From Candidatus Latescibacterota bacterium (GTDB taxonomy: Bacteria > Latescibacterota > UBA2968 > UBA8231): a stretch of 64,000 nt of DNA. The translations under genes were made by a program, and so were the position numbers. Location of the stretch: assembly GCA_964291625.2 (NCBI GenBank), contig OZ220089.1, positions 1,344,001 through 1,408,000 of the forward strand, read 5' to 3'. Each line of letters begins with the position of its first letter. The first letter of the stretch is position 1. Shown piece after piece: positions 28,914-38,366 of this stretch. Under the pieces are notes generated by a model. That model was not told where the DNA came from, made no database searches, and worked only from the letters and a program-made list of their open reading frames with translations.

Positions 28914-29947
28914 TATGACGAACCCCCCTCCCCCAGCGCCCCCACGATCCGCCCCGCCGAGATCGACCCCACCGTCTCGCCGCTGTCATCCACCACCACC
29001 GCCTCGGTCGGCGCCGGCGGCGTCAGCAGGGGCAGGGCGTCGCCCAGGGACATCTCCGTCGAGATGCGGGGCGGCCCCTGCAGGCTCTCCTTCACCGGCC
29101 CCATCAGCGAACCCACGCGCAGGACGCGGCCGCGGTTGATGTTGCGGGTGAAGTCGGCGATGTAGTCGTCCACCGGCTCCAGGACGATCTGCTGGGGGTC
29201 GCCGTTCTGGACGATCGCGCCGTCGCGCAGGATGGCGATGCGGTCGCCGATCTCGATCGCCTCCTCCAGGTCGTGGGTGACGAAGACGATCGTCTTGTGC
29301 AGCTCCTGCTGCAGCTCCAGCAGCAGGGCCTGCATGTCGGTGCGGATCAGGGGGTCGAGGGCGCTGAAGGGCTCGTCCATGAGCAGGATCCCGGCGTCGG
29401 TGGCCAGGGCCCGCGCCAGTCCGACGCGCTGCTGCATGCCCCCCGAGAGGCGCCCCGGGTAGGAGTCCTCGTAGCCCTGCAGGCCGACGCGCTCGATCCA
29501 GCGGCCGGCGCGGTCCGTCCACTCGGCGCGCGGGACCTGCTGCATCCTCAGGCCGTAGGCGACGTTCTCCAGCACCGTCTTGTGGGGGAAGAGGGCGAAG
29601 CGCTGAAAGACCATGCTCACCTCGTGCCGGCGGAAGTGCTGCAGCTCCTGCCGGTCGAGGGCGAGCACGTCCCGGCCGCCGACGAGGACCTCGCCCTCGG
29701 TCGGCTCGATCAGGCGGTTGACGTGGCGGATCAGGGTCGACTTGCCGGAGCCGCTGAGGCCCATGACGACCTGGATCGTCTGCGCCTCGATGGTCAGGTC
29801 GATCCGGCGCAGGCCGAGGATGTGGTCGTGGTCGGCGAGGAGGTCGTCCTTGCCGACGCCCTGGCGCACCAGGGCCATGGCCGAGTCCGGATCGCGGCCG
29901 AAGATCTTGTAGAGGCCGCGGATCTCGATGCCGGCCGGGGCGCTCAC
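28913..29947 (-). CDS. proV: Glycine betaine/proline/choline ABC transporter ATP-binding subunit
   Basis: IEIRGLYKIFG, GLSGSGKST, LSGGMQQRVGLARALA, DEPFSALDPLIR; GTG start overlaps the proW stop. Confidence 0.9.
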   Translation of the reverse strand: MSAPAGIEIRGLYKIFGRDPDSAMALVRQGVGKDDLLADHDHILGLRRIDLTIEAQTIQVVMGLSGSGKSTLIRHVNRLIEPTEGEVLVGGRDVLALDRQELQHFRRHEVSMVFQRFALFPHKTVLENVAYGLRMQQVPRAEWTDRAGRWIERVGLQGYEDSYPGRLSGGMQQRVGLARALATDAGILLMDEPFSALDPLIRTDMQALLLELQQELHKTIVFVTHDLEEAIEIGDRIAILRDGAIVQNGDPQQIVLEPVDDYIADFTRNINRGRVLRVGSLMGPVKESLQGPPRISTEMSLGDALPLLTPPAPTEAVVVDDSGETVGSISAGRIVGALGEGGSS

Positions 29948-30819
29948 CGGTTGGCCTGCAGGCGCCGGCCGCAACTCTGGGTGATGCGGTCGAAGACGAT
30001 GGCCAGGGCGACCACGGCGGCGCCGTTGAAGAGCCCGAGGGCGAAGTACTGGTTGGTCACCGCCCGCAGCACCGGCTGGCCGAGTCCCTTGACGCCGATC
30101 ATGGAGGAGATGACGACCATGGAGAGGGCCATCATGATGGTCTGGTTGACGCCGGCCATGATGTTGGGCAGGGCCAGGGGCAGCTGCACGCCCAGGAGCC
30201 GTCGCCGGGAGTCGGCGCCGAAGGCGTCGGCCGCCTCCAGGACCTCCTTGTCCACGAGGCGGATGCCGAGGTTGGTGAGACGGATCACCGGCGGCACGGC
30301 GTAGACGACCACGGCGATGACGCCGGGGATCTTGCCAAGGCCGAAGAGCATGACCACGGGGATCAGGTAGACGAAGATCGGCATGGTCTGCATGATGTCG
30401 AGGACGGGGGTGACGACGGCCTGCACCCGGTCGGAGCGGGACATGGCGATGCCGGCGGGGATGCCGGCGGCCACGGCCATCAGCGTGGAGACGAGGATGA
30501 TGGCGAGGGTGCGCATCGTGTCCTCCCACATGCCGAGCCAGCCGATGGCGAAGAAGGTGACCACCACGCCGGCGGTGAGGAGCCGGCTCCGGCTCGCCAG
30601 GAAGCAGAGCCCGGCGATGACGGCGATCATCAGCCACCAGGGGGTCGCCAGGAGGAGCTGCTCGAAGCGGATGAGCAGGTAGAGGAGGGGGTCGAAGAAC
30701 GCCTCGATCGCCTCGCCGTACTCCCGGGAGAACCCCCGGTACGCGGCGTCGAAGGACTTCTTGAGGGCCCGCAGCTGGCCCACTTCGAGGGTCGGGAATT
30801 CCCGCAGCCAGTCCGCCAT
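29944..30819 (-). CDS. proW: Glycine betaine/proline ABC transporter permease
   Basis: PVLDIMQTMPIFVYLIP, IRLTNLGIR, MAGVNQTIMMALSMVVI. Confidence 0.9.
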   Translation of the reverse strand: MADWLREFPTLEVGQLRALKKSFDAAYRGFSREYGEAIEAFFDPLLYLLIRFEQLLLATPWWLMIAVIAGLCFLASRSRLLTAGVVVTFFAIGWLGMWEDTMRTLAIILVSTLMAVAAGIPAGIAMSRSDRVQAVVTPVLDIMQTMPIFVYLIPVVMLFGLGKIPGVIAVVVYAVPPVIRLTNLGIRLVDKEVLEAADAFGADSRRRLLGVQLPLALPNIMAGVNQTIMMALSMVVISSMIGVKGLGQPVLRAVTNQYFALGLFNGAAVVALAIVFDRITQSCGRRLQANR

Positions 30820-30916
30820 CGGCGCTTCTCCGTCCTGCCGGCGGTCCGCCGGCCCTGTTCGGTGGATTCCGCGGCCGGACCAGCCGCCGGGGGGAGAGGC
30901 GGGCCTCCCGGGCGGG

Positions 30917-31945
30917 CTACAAGCCGGCCTTCACCTTCTCCGCCACCTCGTCCGGCACCCAGGCCCGCCAGACCTCCTCCCGGCTGCCGAGGAAGTACTC
31001 GGCCGTCTCGCGGGCCGTGGCCTGGCGCTCGTCCTGCCAGCCCAGGAAGCCGTTGACCACCTCGTTCGACCACGAGAGGCGGGAGAGGAAGTCGAAGGCC
31101 CCGGGCGACTCCTCGGCGAAGCGCGAGGTGACCACGGTGAGGACGACACTCGGCTGCCAGCCGTTGGGCCGCGGGTCGGCGCAGTCCTTGTCGGCGATGC
31201 AGTCCCAGGTCTCGGGATCGTGCTCCATGCCGCCGAGCCGCACCAGCGGGTAGCGGCCGAGGATCGCCGTGGGCGCCCAGTAGTAGGCGAAGATCGGCCG
31301 CCGGCGCTCGTACTGCCGGGCGATGGCCGCCTTCAGCCCCTCGGAGGAGCCGGGGTTGAAGAGGGAGAAGCCCGCCTCCTCCATGCCGTAGGCCTTGAAG
31401 AGGTTGACGTTCAGGTGCTCGCAGGCCCAGCCCGGCGGGCAGCCGTAGAACCGACCCTTGCCCGGCTCCTCCTTGTCCGGAAAGAGGTCCGGCCGCTCGC
31501 GCACCGCCTGCAGGGTGGTCAGCTCCGGGTTCTCCTCGACCATGTAGTCGGGGATCCACCAGCCCTCGAGGCCGCCGTCGGAGAGGATCTGGCCGGCGAT
31601 CTTCAGCCGCCCCTCGGCGACGGCCTTGTCCACGGCCTCGCGGGCGGCGTTGATCCAGACCTCGGGGGCGATGTCGGGCTCGCCCTTCTCGGTCATGGAG
31701 GTCACCGTGGGCACCGTGTCGCCGGGCACCAGGTCGGGGGTGCAGCCGTAGCCCTCCGACAGGATGATCGCCGTCACGTGGGCGGCCACCGCCGCCGAGG
31801 CCCAGTTCATCTCGGCGATGGTCACCTCGCCGCAGGCCGGCTCGTCCGTCTCGGCGGGATCGGCGGCGGCCAGGGGCCCGGTCCAGGCGCCGCAGAGCAG
31901 GGCAGCGACGGCCGTGGTTACCCCGGGCAGGGAGCAACTCCGCAA
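30917..31945 (-). CDS. proX: Glycine betaine/choline-type ABC substrate-binding protein
   Basis: CGEVTIAEMNWASA, PEVW, YGCPPGWAC, YYWAPT; start uncertain (TTG 31945). Confidence 0.8.
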   Translation of the reverse strand: MRSCSLPGVTTAVAALLCGAWTGPLAAADPAETDEPACGEVTIAEMNWASAAVAAHVTAIILSEGYGCTPDLVPGDTVPTVTSMTEKGEPDIAPEVWINAAREAVDKAVAEGRLKIAGQILSDGGLEGWWIPDYMVEENPELTTLQAVRERPDLFPDKEEPGKGRFYGCPPGWACEHLNVNLFKAYGMEEAGFSLFNPGSSEGLKAAIARQYERRRPIFAYYWAPTAILGRYPLVRLGGMEHDPETWDCIADKDCADPRPNGWQPSVVLTVVTSRFAEESPGAFDFLSRLSWSNEVVNGFLGWQDERQATARETAEYFLGSREEVWRAWVPDEVAEKVKAGL

Positions 31946-31973
31946 CAGTGAGGGCCGCAGCGGGTTCAGCGGC

Positions 31974-32189
31974 CCGGTCCGGGAGCCGCGCCCCGGCGCA
32001 CAGACGAACATCCGGCCTGGCCGCTCCGAGAGCCGCCGTGCCTCCAGGGGCATCCGGTCAGCCGCCCGGCCCGGCGATCCACCGAGCCGGGGACCGTGCG
32101 CTTGTTCGGGTTCGCGCATCCGGCCTGGGTGCCGCGGGCGCCACGGTGCCTCCAGGAACATCCGGCTAGCCCCGGCCGGCGATCCGCCG
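31974..32189 (-). promoter_or_regulatory. Tandem structured repeat (108-bp period), candidate tandem riboswitch
   Basis: Minus-strand core CCGGATG-NN-CCTGGAGGCAC-[17-nt hairpin]-CCAGGCCGGATG occurs twice; the flanking stems differ in sequence but still pair. Confidence 0.6.
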
Positions 32190-33107
32190 GAAGATGGCGA
32201 AGTCGTGGGCCTCGATGTGGGCCATGACCCGCTCCATGAGCCAGTCGGGCAGGGCCGAGCCGCCGCGGCGGCTGTAGGCGCTACGGAAGATGCCGGCGCG
32301 CACGAAGAGGGTCTTGTGCAGCCACAGGGGGGAGGCGGCGCCGACGATGAGAGTCCGCAGCACCGGGGCCACGATGCCGTGGTAGGCCTGCCGGCCGGCC
32401 TCGGGATCGCCGCCGGCGTAGTGGTCGCAGACGGTGCGGAAGGAGTCGATCAGGGCCGGGTGGGGCATGCTGCCCACGGAGCCGCGGTCCAGCTCCTCCG
32501 GAAGCCAGTTGCCGTTGCCGCCGCCGAGGACGGTGAGCTCCCGGGGGCCGCCGCCCAGGAGGCCGCGCTCCCGCAGCCCGTCGACGACGGCGCCGATCTT
32601 GTCCGGGGCCCCCTGCGATTCCAGCTTGAGGCAGGTGACGCGGGGGGCCTCGTCCACGGCCTTGAGCAGCACCTCGGCCGGGGCGTTGCCGCCGGCGTCC
32701 TGCACCATCAGCGGCAGCCCCACCTGCTCGGACAGGTCGCGGAACAGCCGCACCAACTCGTCGCCGCCGTGGCGGTCCGGATTGACCATGGCGAGGTCGA
32801 CGCCGCAGTCGCGGGCGATCGCCGTGTGCTCCAGGGTGCCCGGGCGGCTGGCGTGGGCGGTGGCGGCGATCACCGGCACGCGGCCGTCGACGTGGCGCGC
32901 CGCCAGGCTCCACACGCGCGTCTTCTCCGAGTCGGTGAGGACGGCGCTCTCGCTGCCCATGCCGAAGGCCACCGCCTGCGACCCGGCCTCGACGCAGAAG
33001 TCGAGCTGGCGCCGCATGGCGTCCTCGTCGATGACCCCCTCGTCGTCGAAGGGCATGGCCAGGACGGGCACGGCGCCCTCGATCCGGGGTCCTGTACTGT
33101 CGCTCAA
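32166..33107 (-). CDS. Dihydrodipicolinate synthase family (DapA-like) class I aldolase
   Basis: PVLAMPFDDEG, GMGSE, LMVQD, LKLE; TTG start with AAGGA RBS. Confidence 0.85.
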   Translation of the reverse strand: MSDSTGPRIEGAVPVLAMPFDDEGVIDEDAMRRQLDFCVEAGSQAVAFGMGSESAVLTDSEKTRVWSLAARHVDGRVPVIAATAHASRPGTLEHTAIARDCGVDLAMVNPDRHGGDELVRLFRDLSEQVGLPLMVQDAGGNAPAEVLLKAVDEAPRVTCLKLESQGAPDKIGAVVDGLRERGLLGGGPRELTVLGGGNGNWLPEELDRGSVGSMPHPALIDSFRTVCDHYAGGDPEAGRQAYHGIVAPVLRTLIVGAASPLWLHKTLFVRAGIFRSAYSRRGGSALPDWLMERVMAHIEAHDFAIFRRIAGRG

Positions 33108-33137
33108 GGGGACGTTCCTTTCTCTGTCTGGGGCGCG

Positions 33138-33153
33138 TGGCCCATGCGATGCA
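33138..33153 (+). promoter_or_regulatory. Possible sigma54 (-24/-12) promoter
   Basis: TGGCCCATGCGATGCA has GG and GC at the canonical spacing, upstream of the oxidoreductase-hydantoinase operon. Confidence 0.35.
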
Positions 33154-33207
33154 ACTTGCGTTAATTGACCCGCCGGGGCAACCAACCCCATCCACCGGAG
33201 AAAAGCC

Positions 33208-34377
33208 ATGTCATCGACCGCCGACGCCGTCGTCATCGGGGGCGGCATCCTCGGCGTCAGCACCGCCCACTTCCTCGCCCGGTTGGGTTTCGGGTCGGTG
33301 GTGCTGCTGGAGAAACGCACCCTCGCGGCGGTGAGCACGGGCCACTCGGCCGCGGCGATCCGCACCTTCTACTCCAATCCCCTGACCATCCGCCTCGCCA
33401 TCCGATCGGCGGGGATGTTCGCCGGAGCGCAGGAGACCTTCGGCGGCTCCTGCGGCTTCCGGCAGAGCGGCTATCTCACCCTGCTCGACGAGGACAGCCT
33501 TGACCAGGGGCGGCAGGTGGCCGACATGGAGCGGCACCAGGGCGTGCCCGTGGAGGAGCTTTCCCCCGAGGCGCTGCGGGAGCGCTTCCCCGTGGTCGAC
33601 CTGGAGCGGGTGGGGGCCGGCATCTTCGAGCCGCGGTCCGGGTACGCCGACCCCCTGGCCACCACCCGGCTGCTGGCCTCGGCGGCCGAGCCGCTGGGGC
33701 TGACGGTGCGCGAGGGCGTGGGCGCCACCGGCATCGCCCGGGAGGGGGGCCGCGTGGCCGGCGTGGAGACCGACGCGGGACCGATCTCGACGCCGGTGGT
33801 GGTCAACGCCGCCGGCGGCTGGGGGCGCGTCGTCGCCTCGTGGGTGGGGCTGAACTACTCCTTCCGCTGGAGCCGCGAGTCCGACATCGTCCTGGACGTC
33901 CCCTTCGAGACCGAGGGGTTCCCGTGGCTCTCCGACCCGCGGCTGCGGTTCTACGCGAGGCCGGCGGGGCCCCGGCGGCTGCTGGCCGGCCTCGGCTTCC
34001 CCAAGGAGATCGAGCCCCTCGACATCGAGCGCTACGACCCCGAGATCGACGAGCCCACCCGGCGGCGCATCGAGGACCTCCTCGGCCAGCGCGTCCCCGC
34101 CGCCCGCGAGGGGACCTTCGTGCGCGGCTGGTCCTCCTTCTACACCATCACCGACGACTGGCACCCCCTGATCGGGCCGGAGCCGCAGGTGCCCGGGTAC
34201 TACGCATGCGTCGCCGGCAACGGCCACTGCTTCAAGCTGGGCCCCTCCATCGGCGAGTCCCTGGCGCAGACGATCGCCGGGCACGAGCCCGAGGTCGACC
34301 TCCATCCCCTGCGGCCGAACCGGTTCCACGAGGGCGACTACTTCACCTCGGTCTGGGGCGCCGGCAACCGCGCCTGA
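33208..34377 (+). CDS. FAD-dependent oxidoreductase (sarcosine oxidase beta/DAO family)
   Basis: VIGGGILG, GYADP, VVNAAGGW, TDDWHPLIG, GHCFKLGP. Confidence 0.88.
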   Translation: MSSTADAVVIGGGILGVSTAHFLARLGFGSVVLLEKRTLAAVSTGHSAAAIRTFYSNPLTIRLAIRSAGMFAGAQETFGGSCGFRQSGYLTLLDEDSLDQGRQVADMERHQGVPVEELSPEALRERFPVVDLERVGAGIFEPRSGYADPLATTRLLASAAEPLGLTVREGVGATGIAREGGRVAGVETDAGPISTPVVVNAAGGWGRVVASWVGLNYSFRWSRESDIVLDVPFETEGFPWLSDPRLRFYARPAGPRRLLAGLGFPKEIEPLDIERYDPEIDEPTRRRIEDLLGQRVPAAREGTFVRGWSSFYTITDDWHPLIGPEPQVPGYYACVAGNGHCFKLGPSIGESLAQTIAGHEPEVDLHPLRPNRFHEGDYFTSVWGAGNRA

Positions 34378-34398
34378 CGCGGTACCCGCCACGAGCCC

Positions 34399-36120
34399 GT
34401 GAAGACCGACCCCATCAAGTTCGAGGTCATCCGCAACGCCCTCGGCGAGACCACCGAGGAGATGTCCGCGGCCCTGCGGCGCAGCGCCTACTCGACCAAC
34501 ATCAAGACCCGCTGCGACTTCTCCTGCGCCGTCTTCGACCGCGACGCCAACGTCCTGGCCCAGGCCTTCGCCCAGGCCAACCACCTCGGGTCGATGGTGC
34601 GCCTCGTCCCCCTCGCCCTTGAGGAGTACGGCGTCGACAACCTCGCCCCGGGCGACGCCATCGTGATGAACGACCCGTACCGGGGCGGCGTCCACCTCAA
34701 CGACATCTTCCTCATCGCCCCCTTCTACTACGACGACGAGCTGTGCGGCTTCGTCGCCAACCTCGCCCACCACGTCGACGTGGGAGGCGGGGCCCCGGCC
34801 AGCGTCGGCGCCTTCCAGGAGGTCTACCAGGAGGGGGTCATCATCCCGCCCGTGAAGCTGGTGACGGGAGGCGAGATGAACCCCGACGTCTTCCGGCTGA
34901 TCCTCGGGCAGATCCGCTCCAAGCGCGAGACGGCCGGCGACTTCCGGGCCCAGGTGGCGGCCAACAACACCGGCATCCGGCGGCTCACCGCCCTCTACCG
35001 GCGCCACGGCCGGGGGACGGTGGAGGAGTACGCGGAACGGCTCATCGACTACGCCGACCGGCTGACGCGCGACGAGATCTCCCGCCTGCCGCGGGGGGAG
35101 TTCGCCGCCGAGGGCGTGATCGACAACGACGGCTTCACCGACCGGCCGGTGCGCCTGGCGGCGAAGGTCGTCATCGACGACGAGGGGATCCTCTTCGACT
35201 TCAGCGGTTGCGCCGAGCAGCGCCCGGCGCCGGTGAACTCCACCCTCTCCATGACCTACGCGGTGGCCGCCTACGTCCTGCGCTGCGCCATCGGCGCCGA
35301 CGTGCCCCTCAACGCCGGCTTCTACCGCTCGGTGCGCCTCGTGGCGCCCGAGGGCACGGTGGTCAACTGCCGGCCGCCGGCGCCGGTGGTCGGCGGCTGG
35401 GAGACCCACATGCGCCTCGTGGAGGTGACCTTCCGGGCCCTCTCGCAGGCCCTGCCCGAGCGCATGCCGGCCGGCACCAAGGGCATGATCTGCCACTCCG
35501 GCTTCGGCGGCGTCGACCCGGCCACGGGCGAGTACTTCTGCTTCCTCGAGACCCTCGGCGGCGGCTACGGCGGCCGCTGCCGCAGCGACGGGCCCGACGC
35601 GGTGCAGGCCCACGGCCAGAACACGGAGAACGCCCCCGTGGAGGAGACGGAGCTGAACTACCCGGTGCGCATCGAGCGCTACGAGCTGGTGGAGGACTCC
35701 GAGGGCCCGGGCCGCCACCGCGGCGGCCTCGGCATGCGCCGCGACTACCGGTTCCCCTCCGGCGAGGCGACCTTCACGATCCTGGCCGACCGCGACCGCT
35801 GGGGCCCCCACGGCCTCTTCGGCGGACAGGAGGGCCGCAAGGCCAGCTACGCGGTGGAGCGGGACGGCGAGACCACGCCTCTCGGCTCCAAGGTGACCGT
35901 CACCCTGGGGCCCGGCGACGTCCTCAGCTACCGCACCTGCGGCGGCGGCGGCTACGGCCCCCCGCAGGAGCGCGACCCGGAGCGGGTCCTGAAGGATGTG
36001 CGCGACGGCAAGGTCGATCCCGCCCGGGCCCGCGAGATCTACCGCGTCGCCGTCGACACCGACGCCTGGAAGGTCGACGAGGAGGAGACCCGGCGGCTGA
36101 GGGACCAGGGGCCGGCGTGA
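34399..36120 (+). CDS. hyuB: Hydantoinase B/oxoprolinase family subunit
   Basis: DPIKFEVIRNAL, NDPYRGGVHLND, HHVDVGG, GPGRHRGGLG, GGGGYG. Confidence 0.9.
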   Translation: MKTDPIKFEVIRNALGETTEEMSAALRRSAYSTNIKTRCDFSCAVFDRDANVLAQAFAQANHLGSMVRLVPLALEEYGVDNLAPGDAIVMNDPYRGGVHLNDIFLIAPFYYDDELCGFVANLAHHVDVGGGAPASVGAFQEVYQEGVIIPPVKLVTGGEMNPDVFRLILGQIRSKRETAGDFRAQVAANNTGIRRLTALYRRHGRGTVEEYAERLIDYADRLTRDEISRLPRGEFAAEGVIDNDGFTDRPVRLAAKVVIDDEGILFDFSGCAEQRPAPVNSTLSMTYAVAAYVLRCAIGADVPLNAGFYRSVRLVAPEGTVVNCRPPAPVVGGWETHMRLVEVTFRALSQALPERMPAGTKGMICHSGFGGVDPATGEYFCFLETLGGGYGGRCRSDGPDAVQAHGQNTENAPVEETELNYPVRIERYELVEDSEGPGRHRGGLGMRRDYRFPSGEATFTILADRDRWGPHGLFGGQEGRKASYAVERDGETTPLGSKVTVTLGPGDVLSYRTCGGGGYGPPQERDPERVLKDVRDGKVDPARAREIYRVAVDTDAWKVDEEETRRLRDQGPA

Positions 36121-36122
36121 GC

Positions 36123-38225
36123 ATGGCGGCGCCCCCGGCCGCGGGCTTCCGCCTCGGCGTCGACATCGGCGGCACCTTCACCGACGCCACCCTCGTGGAC
36201 GAGGCCAGCGGCCGGGTCCACATCTGCAAGCTCTCCTCCACCCCCGCCGACCCCTCCGAGGGCTTCCTGCGCATCACCTCCCGCATCCTCGACCAGGCGG
36301 GGGTCCCGCCGGAGGAGGTGAGCTACGTCGTCCACGGGACCACGGTGGCCACCAACTCGATCATCGAGGGCCGCCTGGCGCCCACGGGGTTCGTCACCAC
36401 CGAGGGCTTCCGCGACCTGCTGGAGATCCAGCGCCAGATCCGCGCCTCCCTCTACGACGTCCACTTCGAGAAGCCGCCGCCCCTGGTGCCCCGCCATCGC
36501 TGCTTCGGCGTGCCCGAGCGCCTCGACGCGGCCGGCGAGGTGGTCCGCCCCCTCGACGAGGCCGCCCTCCGCCAGACGGCGGCGCGGCTCCGGGACGAGG
36601 GTGTGGAGTCGATCGCCGTCTGCTTCCTCCACTCCTACGTCAACCCCGCCCACGAGCGCCGCGCCGGCGAGATCCTGCGGGAGCGGTTCGGCGCCGAGGC
36701 CGTCTCCCTCTCCTGCGAGGTGGCCCCCGACTTCCGCGAGTACTTCCGGGCCAGCACCACGGTGATCAACGCCGGCATCCGCCCCGCCGTGGCCCGCTAC
36801 CTGGAGCGCATCGAGACGCGCCTGCGGGAGGCCGGGCTGCAGGCCCCCCTGCTGCTGATGCAGAGCAGCGGCGGCGTCTACTCCTTCCGAGCGGCGGCGG
36901 AGAAACCGGTCTTCATGGTCGAGTCCGGACCGGCCGCCGGGGTGATCGCCGCCGGGGCCCTCGGGGAGCGGCTGGGGCGGCGGGACCTGATCTCCTTCGA
37001 CATGGGAGGCACCACCGCCAAGGCGGGCCTCGTCCAGGACGGCGCCCCCGGCATCACCAAGGAGTACGAGGTCGGCTCGGCGGCGGTCTCCAGCGAGCAC
37101 GGCGCCAAGGGCGGGGGCTACCCGATCCGCAGCTCCGTCATCGACCTCGTGGAGATCGGCGCCGGCGGCGGCTCCATCGCCTGGATCGACCGCGGCGGCG
37201 CCCTGCGGGTCGGGCCGAGGAGCGCCGGGGCCGACCCGGGGCCGGCCTGCTACGGCGCCGGCGGCCGGGAGCCGACGATCACCGACGCCAACCTGGTCCT
37301 CGGCCGACTCGACCCCGGCTACTTCCTGGGCGGCGAGATCGGCCTCGACGTGGAGGCGGCGGAGCGGTCCGTCCGCGAGCGCTGCGCCGAACCCCTGGGC
37401 CTGGAGACGGTGGAGGCCGCCCGCGGCATCGTGGAGATTGCCAACGCGGCCATGGCCGGCGCCCTGCGCCGCATCTCCATCCAGCGGGGGTACGATCCCC
37501 GGGAGTTCACCCTCGTCGCCTTCGGAGGCGCCGGGCCCGTGCACGGCAACCGCCTGGCCCGGGAGCTGGAGATCCCCGAGCTGCTGGTGCCGCCGAGCCC
37601 GGGGACGTTCTCGGCCATGGGCCTGCTGGCCACCGACCTGCGCCACGACTTCAACGCCACCCACCTGGAGCCCCTGGGGGCGGCCGGGGCCGGGAGCCTG
37701 GCGGCGGCCCTGGAGGCCCTGGAGAGACAGGGGCGCCAAGCCCTGGCCGCCGACGGCGTCGACCCGGCGCGCATGCGGTTCGTCCGCCAGCTCGACCTGC
37801 GCTACGTGGGGCAGAGCTACGAGTTGGCGGTGGAGGTCGACGACGCCGGCTTCCCCCCGGAGGAGGTGGGCCGCCTCGCCGGCCGCTTCCACGAGGAGCA
37901 CGAGCGCGCCTACGGCTTCAAGGCGCCGGGGGAGCCGGTGGAGGTCGTCACCATCCGCCTGTCGGCGGTGGGCGGGATCTCCCGGCCGGAGCTGCGCCGG
38001 CTGGAGGCGGACGCCGGCGCCGGCCCGGCGGGGTCGCGGCCGGTATACTTCGAGGAGGCAGGGGGGTTCGTGGCCTGCCCGGTGTACGAGCGCTCCGGGC
38101 TCGGCGCCAGCGCCCGCATCGGAGGGCCCGCCGTCGTGCAGGAGCTCGACTCGACGACCTTGCTGCACCCCGGGTACCGCGCCGACGTGGACGACTTCGG
38201 AAACCTGCTGATCCGCCCAGAGTAG
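36123..38225 (+). CDS. hyuA: Hydantoinase A/oxoprolinase family subunit
   Basis: GVDIGGTFTD, HGTTVATN, ESGPAAG, DMGGTT, IGAGGGS, FGGAGP. Confidence 0.92.
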   Translation: MAAPPAAGFRLGVDIGGTFTDATLVDEASGRVHICKLSSTPADPSEGFLRITSRILDQAGVPPEEVSYVVHGTTVATNSIIEGRLAPTGFVTTEGFRDLLEIQRQIRASLYDVHFEKPPPLVPRHRCFGVPERLDAAGEVVRPLDEAALRQTAARLRDEGVESIAVCFLHSYVNPAHERRAGEILRERFGAEAVSLSCEVAPDFREYFRASTTVINAGIRPAVARYLERIETRLREAGLQAPLLLMQSSGGVYSFRAAAEKPVFMVESGPAAGVIAAGALGERLGRRDLISFDMGGTTAKAGLVQDGAPGITKEYEVGSAAVSSEHGAKGGGYPIRSSVIDLVEIGAGGGSIAWIDRGGALRVGPRSAGADPGPACYGAGGREPTITDANLVLGRLDPGYFLGGEIGLDVEAAERSVRERCAEPLGLETVEAARGIVEIANAAMAGALRRISIQRGYDPREFTLVAFGGAGPVHGNRLARELEIPELLVPPSPGTFSAMGLLATDLRHDFNATHLEPLGAAGAGSLAAALEALERQGRQALAADGVDPARMRFVRQLDLRYVGQSYELAVEVDDAGFPPEEVGRLAGRFHEEHERAYGFKAPGEPVEVVTIRLSAVGGISRPELRRLEADAGAGPAGSRPVYFEEAGGFVACPVYERSGLGASARIGGPAVVQELDSTTLLHPGYRADVDDFGNLLIRPE

Positions 38226-38366
38226 GACTAGTGCTCCGTTGAGGATGCAGACTGAATCCTTTAATCGTGGTCCATGGGACATATGGCGATCTTGAGGGAG
38301 AGAGCCTGCCGTACGAGGGGGACCGCTGCCCCGTTGGAACCTACCTTTTGGAAGGGGAGTCCCAAT

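Noticed and set aside
31974-32189. CRISPR array or glycine riboswitch
   Set aside because: Only two units and no cas genes; lacks the GGAGA...CCGAAG...CTCAGG glycine consensus
33165-33191. Sigma32-like TTGACC...CCCCAT
   Set aside because: Weak match, and the downstream genes are not heat-shock genes
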